Shown here: positions 39,721-54,699 of the stretch, one piece after another
Position numbering within the stretch: the stretch's first letter is position 1
Layout of the letters: each line of letters begins with the position of its first letter
Assembly (NCBI RefSeq): GCF_009914755.1
Contig: NC_060931.1
Source of the DNA: the human T2T-CHM13v2.0 reference genome, Homo sapiens
Direction: 5' to 3' (one strand)
DNA: 64,000 bases
Position numbers and translations under genes: made by a program
Notes under the pieces: model-generated
Seen by the model: only the letters and a program-made list of their open reading frames with translations
What the model was told of the DNA's origin: nothing
Database searches by the model: none

Positions 39721-42228
39721 GGCAGAGCCAAAACACTAAATGAAAGGGAAGGAATAGAATCTTTGGAAATAAACCCATTTGTTGCTTGCAAAATTACAGC
39801 TTATTCTTTTTGTGCTTTTAGATTTTGATTTTCTGTAGTAAGTTCCCATAAAAACTAATAACTTCTAAATTTATCTCAAAATATTCGAAAAATTGAACAG
39901 ACAATAAAAAAGATAGTTGCAAAATTGTCTCTTAGAAAAGTACCAGCCAGATGGTCACATGAGCTAGAATAACATTAAAGTTTTTCATGATTAGATGATT
40001 TCCATTGAAATAAATTTTATTTTTTGAATTTTCTGGACACAGAAGATAGAAATTTTTCTCAATACATTTTACAAGACCAATAATATCCTGATGGTAACAG
40101 ATGAAAAAAATCACTATAAAACCATGAGGTCCTCAATTATGATATATGCACACCCAGTAGTGAAGTATTGAGTATATCTAAAGAAATAATTCCCCATGAT
40201 AATAAAGTTTATTAAAATACTGCAAGCTAATTACACTATGGATAAATTTTCAATAGAAAAGACTTCTTAGTATTTTACTATGCATAGAAAAAGAACTGAA
40301 ATTTAACAACCTCTCATTTTAAAGAAATAAATCTTTAAGCAAAATAATAATATAATTTCACTTCCTTAGTATGGTACACTGTCAATAGCAAGCATCATAA
40401 AAATACTGAAACATTGCAGTCTTACCAATAAAAGGCCTTAATAATGCCAGGTTGTTTGTTTTAAATATTTTCTTGGATTTTAGCCATTGAAATAGAGTAT
40501 GAATAAAGCAATTAAACATACACATAACAATCAAGTAAGTACCATTATAATTATTTGTCACTGGAGAGATTTTGTAACCAAAACCCCAAGCAAATCTGCT
40601 GAAACACACCAGGACTAAAAGGAGAATTAATTATGTTGGGAAATCAAACAAATGAAAAGTCAAAAGTATATCCTTTGTAGCATATGTGGCAAAACAATTT
40701 ACACTATTAAGAATCTCATTCAGAGTAGTAGGTGAATATTTCAGAAAACTAGGAACAACTGTTTGCTATGCAGGACCTCTAAGCAATATCACAAAATGGC
40801 GCTGGGAAATATAAATAAACATTGAGCAGGAAAAGAGACTGCCTTGTTCTTTTGTGAAAAAAAAAAAAATGCATGTTAAGAATGGGTACATTATCCCCAA
40901 ATTAATCTTTAAATAGAATACATTTTAAGTAAAAACTCTAGAAGTATTTCATGTGATTAAGTGATTTAACAATTTATCTAGTAACATAGACTCATAACAC
41001 AAATATCACAAGCAGAGCAAAAGAAAGGCCCCTGTCTTAACAAGTATTGAAATTTCTGGTATCTAAATTCACCTTTACCTGAATTTCCCAAATTTTTCTG
41101 CCCACCTAAGCAATATCTTGCTTGACTGCTAAATAGTTCTGTTTATTTCAGTGTTTTTTTTAGGAGATTTCCAGAGAACACTTACGTGTCCATGATGCCA
41201 TGTGTGACCTTTGGTCCAACCTGTGAGTTCATGCTTCTCCAGCATCCTCTCAAATAATCTCACCCTTGCATCTCAGCTAATCACCCTAGTGCACATATTC
41301 TTTCATTATCCAAAGGGAATTAATAAGCAGCTGGCATTGAGTCCATATTGTATAATACACTTAATAGAAGAATTGAGAGCTTTGGAAGGGATTTATAACA
41401 TGAAAAGGTAAACTTTAAATAGCATATTTTCTAGCACCACCAAAATGTTGCTGCTCCTTCAGTAAATGGAAACCCTATCAACATTTAATTTGCTTAGACT
41501 CAGCCTGGCCTGCTGGTTTGCTGCTGGGACCTTTTCCTCAGGTTAGATTCTGCATTATCAGCTCCTTTCTCCCTTATGTTTGGCCATAAACTCCTTACCT
41601 AAGGGCTCACCAGAAGTAACTTTAAGCTCCCAAATAATGTTTCCAGAGATGATTGTCCCTCTTTAATTTAAATTAATAATAATAATAAATTGTTTAAATT
41701 ACTTAGGTCTGTTGCTTCCTCAAATGAATCATTCAGCCTTAAAATGCAGTATTTCCATAATCACTAATTCTATACATCCTTTAAAATGTAGCAATTACTA
41801 CAGCATGGTATGTCAAAAATGATTTAGGAAGTGAACATGTAAAAATATGAAACCCAGAATAAAATGCAGATGAAACTTTATGTATTTTAACATGATTGAG
41901 GGCTTTCTAAGCCTGACTTCAAGAATAAAATTTATAAATTAAAATATTGATACATTTGACAATTTAAAATAATACTTCTCTAAAAGAAATAAGCAAAATG
42001 AGAAGAAACAAAGAAAAATAAAAAAAGGAACAAAAGGAAGGAGTGAAGGAAGGTAAGAAGAAGGGAAAAAGGGAATGAATAAAATAATAAAGATATATAA
42101 GGAAAACAAAACAAAGAATAGCAATTGTTATTAAAATATTATTTAAAATGGGAAAAAATAAATAAAAAATGTATAAAAGACTAAGAACTAATATCTGTAT
42201 ATATAAAGAGCCTCGAAAACATAATTAA

Positions 42229-42357
42229 CTCATTTATGCCTGAGGTTGCAATTTTTTGAATTTTTGCAATCAGACCTTGGCAATGACCTTGAGCAGTAGG
42301 ATATAAATAATTCCTAATGCTCAGTGTTCCAATAATGGAACACTAGGCATAAATGGG
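42229..42357. mobile_element. MER85 piggyBac (PGBD3-derived) MITE, full length
   Basis: TTAA then ctcatttatgcct...aggcataaatggg then ttttaa; internal palindrome GTTCCAATAATGGAAC at 42326-42341. Confidence 0.93.
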
Positions 42358-44575
42358 TTTTAAAAAACAGTTTGCAATGAAGTGAAAAAGCAATTCTCAA
42401 AAGAAAAAATATATGTGGCCAATAAATATATAAACTAATTAATTCAGAAATGCATAAAACACAAACACATTTTACCCTTCTTAGCAGATTATGATAAAAA
42501 TAATGATAAATCCCAGTATGAGTCTATGTCTGGGGGAGCGTGCACACTCAAATATTCTAGAAGAAAATGTAAATTTTATATTTTTCACTGGGAAAATTTT
42601 AGAAAAAGACTTCGATATATGCATTATCTTTGATACAAATAGCCTGTGAGAATAATTGAAAATATGTTTTGTTTTACCACAAAAAATTTTCAGAATCATT
42701 GTTTAGAAGAGCCAAATACAGCATGATGTAGATGTCCTGCAATTATAAGTCAAACACTAGATACTCAATGTAGTTGTCTGCATTATGAATCATTGAAGTA
42801 TTTGATTGATTCAGATGTACTTCTAATATATTTTCAATAGAAAAATTGTTTACAAAATAATTGTGTCTTATCCTATTGGTACATGTAGCTATTTTCACTT
42901 TTTGATTGTAAATTCTCTACACTTAAAATTATTTTGAAAATTAAAAGTTAAATTATTTCAATTCAAGACTATTTACACATTTACATGTGCATATGTGCAG
43001 TATGTATAAATATTCATCTCTTATCAGCTTGTTACTACTATTTTTAATTTGATTAATATCAGTTGATATATGAAACTTCACATACAGTTTTATGTATACT
43101 ACACCTTATTTAAGGAGTGTCTCTCTTTAGGTTCAGGCAGCAGTGTGTATAGTACCCCAAGGATGGTGGTCATAGTTGATTATATAATCACAGTTGTCTA
43201 AGAAATCCTCACGTGACATACAATCCCTCAAGTCTTAACTATACAAGCCCAGAGTATCAAGCATGCCATTGTATTGCTGTAACTCATGTTTTCATGCTAG
43301 CTGTCATATTACCAACAATGTTCAGAACATCCTTAAATTTAAAACAGTAAAATTAACGCAGGTTTTCATAAGCAGACTCTGAGCGAAGGTAAGTTTTGGA
43401 GGTGGAGAAGTTAGAAAGTGGGCCAGAGAAAGGAAGACATCCCACAAAGGTGTGCTAATAAGGTGCGCTGGTGACAACTAGTATCAACGGTGGTACTGTC
43501 TCACCTCTGTGTCTTTTAGTAATGTCTACTGGCTGAGCCTATCCTAAATTCTTAGACTCTGGCCTTTCCTTGAGTTGGTAAATGCCCCTGTGGATAGCTG
43601 CAGATCCTCAGCTGCCGTATAAAAGATTTTCTCCTTCTTGGGTTGCTTCTGAAGTTCTCTGAAGCCTTTAAACATATGATTTTCATAATTCATCCAGCTT
43701 ATTTGAATGAGAGCATTGGCCTGCCATATATTATACCATGCTACCCATATGCAAAAGCTTAATCAATATTTTAATCTTACTTATGCTAATTGGGAACTTG
43801 TGTCTGTCTTCTGATTTTATAAGACACGCTGAAATTGTCTTCATTTATTTTTTGCGGTGTATTCCTTAAACTAGTCTAACCATATTTATTGAATTCATGA
43901 CCACAGGTTAAATTTGCCAATTTGTAAGTAGCTTATAATAAGGATAATAAATGGATTTGTACAGTATGCTTGCTTTTTTTCCTAGCAATTTTTTTAAGTT
44001 GTTAAATTTCACTCTCTAAAATAAAGCAATTCAAAACAGATTATCACACTTCTTCATAGCTATAAACCATTGATGGCGTATTGTATTGAATGTTAGTTGT
44101 TACTTGGTGGTTTTGTTGATCATGGAATATTCATCACTGTTCTCACTACTGCATGTCAAAGCATTTTGAATCAGCCCCCGGCAATAGCACTCCTTTGTTA
44201 TGGATCATTCTCCATGCGCCATCCTGTGAGGCCTCTTATCTGTCTTCCAATATATGGAACAGGAAACCCAATTGTTGCACACTCAGTTTATCATTTGAAC
44301 CATAACAACCTTACTACCCATACCTTTAGATTTTTCCATACTAAAACTGCTTCCTCTACACATGCTAACTCTTTTTCCTGCTCTTTTATGAACACACCCC
44401 AAAGTCTCTGTTTTGTCCTACAATATTTTTTTTCCAGATCAGGCTCTGTGCACTTCAGAAATCCCTCTTGCAAACTGTTCATTCTCTGTAAGTTAAAAAA
44501 GTTACCTCTTCAGTTTTGAAAAATGAAATTATTTTACTTCCATAGGGAAGTGTGACTGCTAGTAATTGTGAAAGG

Positions 44576-45022
44576 TGTGAGAAAATTAAATTTCTTGCAG
44601 CATTTAAGCTAACAAACTAGCCTGCCATACATAGTTTCGTGGACACAAGATTCCTGAATCAAAGTCAAAGACTGTGAGACTCACAGGAAGAGCAATGGTG
44701 GAATCGCAGGCATGATGCTCAGTGTTCATGCTGGTTCCTCACTCCCCAAGTGTAACACAGAGGCCCGGCCCGGACATGTGGTGGGCAGTATTTCTGGATA
44801 GGAATGCTGAGCTGGGAGATTTACCGCCTTTACAGTGAATAAAAACAAGCATCATCTTTGTTGCCTAATCCTTCAAGTTTGCTCCGTGGAAACACAACCC
44901 TGAGGCAGGGTCCAGATAAAAACCAGCCCCATCTTGCTTTCTGGGAATAATGAGCAAGAATGAGCAGAGACACTCAAGGTTCCTGGCAGATGGCATCTTC
45001 CATGAAGTGCTTCTAGTTCCAC
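44576..45022 (-). mobile_element. ERV solo LTR (LTR47-like, family uncertain)
   Basis: TG...CA bounded; aagctaacaaactagcctgcc...gacacaagattcctgaatca...actcacag resembles remembered LTR text. Confidence 0.4.
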
Positions 45023-48000
45023 AGGCTGGAGAAGGGGAAATTAGGAAGAAGGTCCTCCCTCTGAGCTAGAGTATGCTTTTATTCTATACTTTGAGCGTAA
45101 ACAATTGGGCTTTTAAAGGAAAATCCAACAATATAAAGACATTAAGTAATTTGCCTATGACTACAAAGCTACAAGTAGTCAGGCAAGGAATAAACCCCAG
45201 CATTTCTTAACCTTTATCCTCCACTGTCTCCAAAACTAAATCTGGATGAGAGAATTAATATACAAAAAGAAGAGGCAGAAAGCCACATTAAATCATTTCT
45301 TTTTGTCTTGATTTTTACTCCAACATTACTTCTACTTTCCATATCCTCTCAAGTTCCTGACAACTTTTGACCTTGGCTGACTCCTCTCCCAAAAGAGAAA
45401 ATTATATTATGGCTCCAGAACATTTGCTGCCACCCAATAGTCACTCACAATAGATTTAGTAACTGATATTAATATCTGCTACATGTACAGATGTGGATTT
45501 GTTGGCAACATATGTATTATCAGGCTTTCAACTTTGGGAGAATCAAAATGATCTTACCGGTGCATGTGAAATATACCTGTTTTATTGTTGGGTAGTTTAT
45601 AAACATAGTGAAAACCACTTTATTTTGACATCTTACCTACTTTTAACTCCTAAAAGCAATGTTTCTAGTATTTTCTAAAAGAAATTTTGAGGGACGTAAC
45701 CAGTTATTCGGTGCAATTACCATCAAGGTCAGCACATGCTCCTATAGCACATGCTAATTATTAAGCTTATTGTAATTTTCTAAGTAAGAAAGAGTGCAAT
45801 ATATTTAGAGATATTTTCATAGTTAAAATTTTTACCTTTTGGTGAGAATTTGGTAACACAGCAATAGAACTGTGAATACCTCTTTTGTATCTGGCCATTG
45901 TTACAATGTTTTATGGAAAGATTAATGCTGCCTGTACTTTGGCAGTTACCTTCCTTGCAGTTTCATCCTTGTGAAACATCTTTCTGATGTCAACTGATTG
46001 TAGTTTTCGGTGTGTGGTTCCTGTGTTTGAGGTTCCTGGAAATCATGATCATTCTCATGACTACTGCCTTCATTCTATTATCTGGACCTCTAGTGAACCA
46101 TATATCATCTATTTAGAAATGCTGGTGGTTCCATAAGGACTTCTAATACCTCTAACTGAAAGCATTCTGAATTATATAGAGAATTTTGGGCCAGGAGTGA
46201 GATGCTGTAGACAAAGGCCCTAAAATGTAAAACAAGCTGATTTAAGGTTTTCTGTGGAGTGTCTCCTTTAACTTTGAACTGCAGTTGTCTTTACAAATGT
46301 GCTGTAACTTATAGCACATCTCAATTCCTTAATCAGATAAAATTTTTACTATCTCAAAACAAAAATAAAATATAATAAAGCTCCCTGGAACAATGATGCT
46401 GTTATTCTTGACCCTGTCAAGAGAATCTTCATGCATCTATAAAGTGAGAAGGAAATTCACTGTGTCCCTGAATCCCATGTGACTTGGCAGCTGCCATCCT
46501 CTTCTTTAAGGCAGGGGAAGAGAGCTCTGGCCATGTCTCTCCCATTGACATTCTTCCCACTGTTGTGAAAATTTAACATTCTTTCTCTTAGAATGTTTGA
46601 GCATTATGGACTAAAAATTTGTTTATCTTGAAAATGTAAATGTGAAGTTCATAAGCTCCATATAAAGTTTTTTAAAAGAATAAATGTGTTAGATCTATTT
46701 TGAGGAAGTAGTTTTCCATTTTTACAGAGGGAAACAAAACTTACAAGTTATTTAAACTGAATCGTTTAACAGAAAGAAGAGCAAACTTTTCTGAAGAAGC
46801 ATTAAAATTGTCAGTGTAACAAAATTTTCTCCAATAAAAGAATGTAATCTATTCAAAATTATGAACACGATTATGTTTACAAAAATGGTTACGAGGTGTG
46901 CCCTGGAGAAATATTCAGCTATTGAAAATTCCCTTCAGTTACCAATATCTATAAATGTAGGAGAATTAGGTCAACCAGATGTCAATGGAAATCTGTGCTT
47001 CCACAATCACTCTGATTATAGCCACAAGGCAGCTCTGTCCCGGAATCTATATTTATTAATAGTCTTAATATGTAAGCCAAGAGACTCCCACTGGAATTGG
47101 TTTTACTCAGATTTCTTGATGAAATAAGTGCTTTAAAATATTTAACTGAATATGTTTTGGAACAGTTTTTCTGTTACTAGGCATATCACCATTACCACTC
47201 GGATGACACAATTAGGTCATGGTTTAACCTGTTTTATATCCATGGACATGCCTTAGATCAGTTAGTGACCAGCTGCTACTAAGGTAGAAAACCTATCCAT
47301 CCAAAAGCCTAAACAGTGCTGAGAATTCTTTGTCTTCTATTTAAAGTTAATGTGATAAAATAGTTTTTTGCTCCCTCTTGAAATCAAATCTAGAATATCA
47401 AAAGTAACAAAAAATAATTGATTTCAGTGAAATTAGAAAGAATCAAACAATAAACTGTAGGAAACTTTCAATAACAAAAGATTATTCAAGGAGTAGCTGA
47501 AAAAAATACTGAAATACTGATCAGACAGGAAAAGCAATATATGGGCACAGAAAATAAACAGAAATGTGTTTAAAAAGAAGAAATTGATTTATCACACCAT
47601 TTTCTTCCAAGACATCAAGTAAAATAACACTATAAGTGATATTGTTGAATTTGGTAATTCAGTGAAGGGATATGAATAGATGCAGATTAAAGTGGGTTAA
47701 AGAGTCAATAATGATAGTTCAACTTCAGCAACATGAGATAAGTTTATGTAGGATTTTGGTAAATCTTTAGAAATACTGTGCAACTAGAAGTTTTTTAGGA
47801 GTACACTCTGTATCTTGTAAAAAAGAAAAGGACATACCTAGTTATTGGAAAGAGAATTGAGAGCCACACAAGAAAACGTAGACTGTGTTATGCATAGTGA
47901 TGGCTTTAAATACACCTGAAAGAAAACATGAAGGTTAAAAACCTTCATAAAAGATAGAACCACTAGCAGAATTTAGAAAAAACATCTGTCTGATGACTCA

Positions 48001-48409
48001 AAAAGACAAAGAAGATTTTTGCTACTGTCTAGGCTACAGGTTAAATACAATAAAGTTTACCATGAGAAATTCAAACTCTGATCTTGTATGTTAAATTGGT
48101 CTGAAGTTAGAGTTTATATTGCTTATCTGGAGAAAAAATTTGTAAGCTAAGGAACTTATATAAAACTTAAAGCCAGGAAATGGGAAAGCAGAAGATACTC
48201 CCTAAGCCCAGCAGTACAGGATCCCTTAACCATTCACACAAAACCGCATCACTGAATTAGTTCTAACAGTAACTAATTACAGAACAACAACAACAAAATC
48301 AAAATTCGCTGTTTTATTGCTTTTGAGAAAAATTCAAAAACAATTAAAAAAGCGAATATATCAAGTGTTGGACATATTAGAATTAGAAAAATAACTAATA
48401 AAAACGTTA

Positions 48410-48877
<468 letters not shown>

Positions 48878-48924
48878 CTATAAAACACTAATAGTATCAA
48901 CTTTTGTAGAACTCAAGAATCTAA

Positions 48925-49159
<235 letters not shown>

Positions 49160-49824
49160 CTAATCTAAAATTTAACAGCAACCAGAGAATTTACCAATAG
49201 AGAAAAGGACAACTGATTTTTGGTGAGAGAGTACTGTGGCACTTTCATCCACCTGCCTACCATCTTTCATTTTCTAGGGCAGTGGCAGCAACCAGGGGGA
49301 GGGTTTTCTGCATTTCTGGTGCTGTTCGCTGGTGCCAGGGTAGTGAAAAGGGCTTTGTTCTTAAAATGCTGTGATTATTTGACATGTCTGCTGTTTCCCT
49401 GGGGGACTAGCACAGAGGCTGATCTTTGTTTTGCTGCTCCTCCCCTCTACCTAGGGCAGTGATACTGTCTGTTGAAAGGTATAAATACATATTTTCTGCA
49501 CCCACCTGGGATAAGAGATGGCAGATGGGGCAAGTGGTATGAAGGCTCAAGCCTGTTGAGCAGGAGAAGGCAAGGAAGCAGGTCTCTTATGGAATTAAGG
49601 GCTCTGAAGAAAGAGTGTGATGCATATGCCCAGGACTGGATGCATGCTCAGAAAGGATCTGAGAAGACGTAGACCTGCATGTCTGGCAGATATGCGGGCT
49701 TTGTTCAAGCAAAGCGTGAAGGAAAAGGGAGCGCCGTAGGCAGCCTGCTTAGCATTGAGCAGTATCCCAGCTCAGCTGTATTAGAACCTAAGCTGTAATA
49801 ACATAATGACAAGCAGAGTAGTGT

Positions 49825-49848
49825 TCTCTCTCTCTCTCTCTCTCTCTC
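49825..49848. repeat. (CT)n microsatellite
   Basis: About 12 units read directly. Confidence 0.9.
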
Positions 49849-52706
49849 CAGGCATTTAAGAAAATCTGTCTCAGGTCAGGTCACTGGCTGACCACTCAGA
49901 TAATGGAGCAGACTTCTGTGACTCCAGATGACAAGAGCTATACTCTTTTCAATAAAAGTGTGGAAAAGGTATAAAACAAATGTATGACTGCAGACCTGAA
50001 TAACCAGAAACAGTAAATTTTCAGAAAGAGGGAAAATCTGATTTTCAGAGTTATGACATTATAAAATTCAAATGCTCAGTTTTCAACAATAAAAGTAATA
50101 GTCAGACAAATAAACAAAAATATGGGCAATTTAAAGGAAAAGTAGAAATTGCCAGAAACTGTTCCTGAGGATAACCAGACATTAAAATTATTAGATAAAA
50201 CTTTAAACCAACTTTCTTAAATATGCTCAAAAAATGTTAAAGAAAACTATGGACCAAAAGCAAAAAGAAATGTGTAAAATGATATATGAACACCATGAGT
50301 TTATCGATAAGAGAAAGAAATGATAAAAATGATTCAAGTGGAAATTATGGAGGTGAAAATTATAAAAAATGAATTAAAAAATGTACTAGAGGTGTTTAAC
50401 AGAAGATCTGAACAGAAAGAAAAAGGAGTCAGTGAACATGAAGACTAGATAAATGATCCAGCTTGAGGAACAGAAGGAAAAAAGAATGAAGAAAATTAAA
50501 CAGAGCCTAGGGAACCTGTAGGATGCCACCAAGGACACCAACACACGTGTTACTGGAATTTCAGAAGAAGGAAGAGAAAAAGGGGTAGAAAGAATATTTG
50601 AAAAAGTAATAGCAGAAAATGTCTCCAATTTGATAAAATACATGAATCTAGCTATCCACAAAGCTCAACAAATTTTAAGTAGGATAAATTTAAATAAATC
50701 CACACGTTTTCAGGTTAAAATAATCATACCAATTCTGGAGTTCTGTGTGCCTTCCTGCATTGTTAAGGAATGATGTTTGGCATAATTTAAAATAATACTT
50801 AAGGAAACAACATTTTAAACAAATTGATATAAAGAGGAACCAGTGATTGATCCCTCAAATTCTGCCTTTACTTCTCTGACTTCTTAAATCTGTCATGTCC
50901 TCTTGAAACCAAATTAACTAAATTCTGAGAAGAGTGGCTTGGTTGGTCTCCTGTTTATGCAAATATAAGAATTTAAAATATTCCTACACTCTTTACCTTT
51001 TGAAATAATCTTTAGTTGGAAAAAGCATTACCGTGGCGTAAATGGATTCACTGACATGAGTATCCCACTAAAACCTAACCCTTCACCCCTGAGAATAAAA
51101 ATCTGAGAAAACTTTTAGGATGGCCCTCATCAAGATCTGCTAACAGAAAAAGGATCTTGAGGTTCATAGAGAGGCACGTTTTATGCTATCATTACCACCA
51201 GGTGGGGTCCTCTTTCTCAGGTACAGTATAGCTTTACTAGGATCCCTACCTCATTTTCCTAAAGCCAGCTTTTCCTGGCTCACATCACTTCATGTCAGGA
51301 ATACCAGCATGCTATCAGAGTTTTATATTTTGTCCTCACACACAGTCTGTTAACCCATGTTCACTTATCTAAATTTACTGACTCCAAATATTGTATTTTT
51401 ACTAGTTAGAACCAATGTTTCCCTCATCCCACATACTAAATTCTTCTTTTGATTAATACTACCAATACAAGTGACCTTATCTTACTTAATGCTTCCCTGT
51501 AGACATTTGGAAATAATATACATTCTCCTTAGATTAAACGAGGTCCTGAGATTAAGGTACAATTTGGCTAAAAGGGGCAGAAAAGGCCTCACTTAACATG
51601 TGCCTACAATTATTAGACAAAACAAGAGTGGACAAAATTTGCATCCATTTTTATAAGATATTACTAAGCCATCCTACTTATTTTATTTGACAATTTCAAA
51701 AACTTCTACATTAAATATACAAATTAATATGCATATGTGCTAAGATATGTAATTATTCATAGAAAAAAGACTAAACACACCCAAATGTAAGTACTAATTG
51801 TATCTACTTCTAAGAAGTAAGTTTTAAATAATTTTTTAACATAACTGCCCCTCAATTTCTCTCTTTTACATTTTCCAAAATAACATACACATTGATAGAC
51901 AAAAGAGCCATTTAAAACTATCATATAAAATTATATATTTCTAGCATTATACTTAAGACATACATTCAATAAAATGATTAGAATGAATACTTTCAGTAGA
52001 TAGGACAATACGTGCTTCTCAATCTCCGTATCTTTTGCACATTCAATAATTTCTACATGTATTCTTTGGCAATGAAAAACATAAACTTTATTATAAAATA
52101 AAAGGTGGCAGCACTGATGCCACTTTATACTTATTATCCTGGATTCTCTGAGGTGTAGCTGCAGCAGATCATAATAATGACACGCAGAGGCCAGACAATG
52201 AGAGCTCCTTGGGAATTATGTTTTTCAGGCATATTTTTATAGCCACAAGGAATTCTTTGGCACTTACTGCCCAGAAATAAAAGATTCTCTGTCTTTATTT
52301 TGTTTAGTGATACTGTCTTACCCTACTTCTCTTGATCCAACATAAAATTTCTTATAGCCTCTTTAAATGGTTTAAGATGACATATAAAAATGAAATCACT
52401 TACTGGAAATGTCTTTAGGAAACATTAAGTAATTTAACCAACTTCATTTAAAGTCAGAATAATTATAATACTTTCTAAATATAATAAATATTTTCTGAGT
52501 TGATGCCTTTGTATGTCACTTAAATATATACATGTATATATATATATAGTCTCAATATTTAGATAAATGCATACTCCCATCACCAGAATAAAAAGACATC
52601 ATACCAGAAAATTCATACTATAAACAGGATTATCTTCCAAGTGCTCCGGCTGTCAATAATTCTCCTTCACAATCTTGCACAGAAATGATTTAATAATTCT
52701 CCAGGA

Positions 52707-52806
52707 AAAGTAAATTTTGCCTTCCATCTTCCACTGAGTATCTAATAGATTAATCCAAAGTAAATGTTGCCTTCCATCTTCTACTGAATATGTAACAGAT
52801 TAATCC
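52707..52806. repeat. 50-bp tandem duplication, 2 copies
   Basis: aaagtaaat.ttgccttccatcttc.actga.tat.taa.agattaatcc occurs twice with 5 mismatches. Confidence 0.9.
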
Positions 52807-53064
52807 AGGAGAATATTCTCACACTAACACTGAAAGGAAATCTTTGCTTACACAATGTCCTCATTCCATAAACAAATGTGGAGATCCCATTTCTCACCTG
52901 CCTCTAATGACATTATTTCCTTTTGACACTTTTGACTCTATGATATTATTTGTACTTCACCATTATTCATTCTTTGAAAACAGGTAATACATTAAAATAT
53001 GCATTTATTTTAAAATGTTATACCAAATTTATCAATATATTATGTTTTTGGATTTAGCTTCTTG

Positions 53065-53595
53065 TTGCTGAGAACTGCACGCCCAGTACAAATGGGTCCA
53101 TCTAACTGTCCCACACTAAAAGACTAGAACAAACTCTAGGATGGCTGCTGTCAGCAACAGGCCATGCCCTCAGATGATTCCAGCTCCCTTAACATGCCAG
53201 ATCTGTTCCAGCCAAAACCTGACTATAAGCCCCTGACCTTTATCTTAGAACATTTACATTAGTAAACATGCAATGTACATTCTGAAGTACTAGAATGTAC
53301 TTGTAACCTTTCTCTGCTCTTTGAGATGTAAATCTTCTGCAATCCAAAATGTTTTTTTAAGGACCTTGCAAGCATTCCTTATAAATGTCATCATCAAGAA
53401 GGATAGAACCTCTGTCCTGGAGTCTTTGTGGGAGGGTTGGAAACTGACTTTGATAAATGCCAATTAGCAGACATTGACGACCTAATCACACTGACAAACT
53501 TTTCCCCCCTTAATGTCTTTCAGTACTTTTAATTTAGTGTATCCCAGTGTTTATAAAATTCTCATCTCTTGTTTCAGTCAAGTTGAAGTTAGACA
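53065..53595 (+). mobile_element. ERV1 LTR (MER31/MER67-like)
   Basis: tttgagatgtaaatcttc, catcaagaaggatag, tgtgggaggg and gccaattagcagaca motifs. Confidence 0.55.
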
Positions 53596-53879
53596 TTGTA
53601 AGGAATAGGCTTCAACTTTTTGAAAGTGGGAATTTGAACTCTCTGAATGTGGAATCTGACATCATTTCTTTTGAAGATAATTATTTATAATTCTGGTTTC
53701 TCTCCAAGTCTTCTGAGCATCTACAAACGTATTTGCATAACAACAGCCCTGGAAGCTAGAGATAATGTCTCCCTTAAGATAGAGTCCTGACAACACTCCG
53801 GGGTAATGAAATCTCCCTCCTTTTTCAACTTACATTCCAGGGTAGTTCACTTAATTGCTCTAAAATATTGTAAGATATG

Positions 53880-54610
53880 CCCTGATAAGTTTTAGACTTG
53901 ATTGGGACCTGTAGTCCCCTTCTCCTACTGATTTCTCCCCTTTAGAATGCAAATGTTTATCATATGCCTGTCCCACCCTTGTATTTTGGAATTCACAAAT
54001 CTGTTGTCTGGTTTCACAGGTTCACAGCTAGAGAAAAATTTTGCCTCAGGATGAATAATGCCTTCATATCACTCATAATTGATTTTGACGATACTTAGAT
54101 GAGACATTCACTTAAATTTGATGTTAGAATGGGTTAAGCATCAAATGGGTCTGTTGGGAATGGGTAAACGCATTTTGCATGTGAGGACATAAACTTTGTG
54201 GGGCCAGAGGATTGAGTGGTATGGGATGAATTGTGTCCCTTAAAAATTCTTATGTTCAAGTCCTAACTCCCAATACTTCAGAATGTGACTGTATTTGGAG
54301 ATAAGGTCTTTAAAGAGGTGACTAAGTTATAATGAGTTCATTAGGGTGAACTGTAATACAATATGACTGGTGTCCTTATAAGAAGATGATATTAGGATGC
54401 AGACATATACAAAAGAAAGACCATGTGAAGATGTAGGGGGGGAAATGGCCATCTACAAGCCAAAGGGAGATAACTCAGAAGACACCAACCCTGCTGACAC
54501 CTTGATGTCAAATTTCTAGCCTCTAGAACTGTGAGAGAAAAAAAGAATTCTGCTGTTTAAGCCACCTGATCTGTGGTACATTGTCATTACAGCTATAGCA
54601 ATCTAATGCA
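53880..54610 (+). mobile_element. MaLR: MLT1 internal 3' end plus MLT1A0-like LTR (LTR at 54217-54610)
   Basis: Purine-rich ggggccagagg, then tggtatgggatgaattgtgtccc...cagaatgtgactgtatttggagataagg...ctaatgca. Confidence 0.85.
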
Positions 54611-54699
54611 ATATTTAAGAAGTTCTGATAGTTCATAAAATGTCATGTGTTAAATGAAGTCAGTAAAACATGTTTTAAATGCTGTGGGGAGAAAGGATG

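Noticed and set aside
44097-44519. 140-aa ORF
   Set aside because: Non-ATG start, lies in degenerate L2-like sequence, no domain.
51196-51210. CTCF-like motif CCACCAGGTGGGGT
   Set aside because: Mismatches at the conserved 3' positions and no supporting context; expected by chance in 64 kb.
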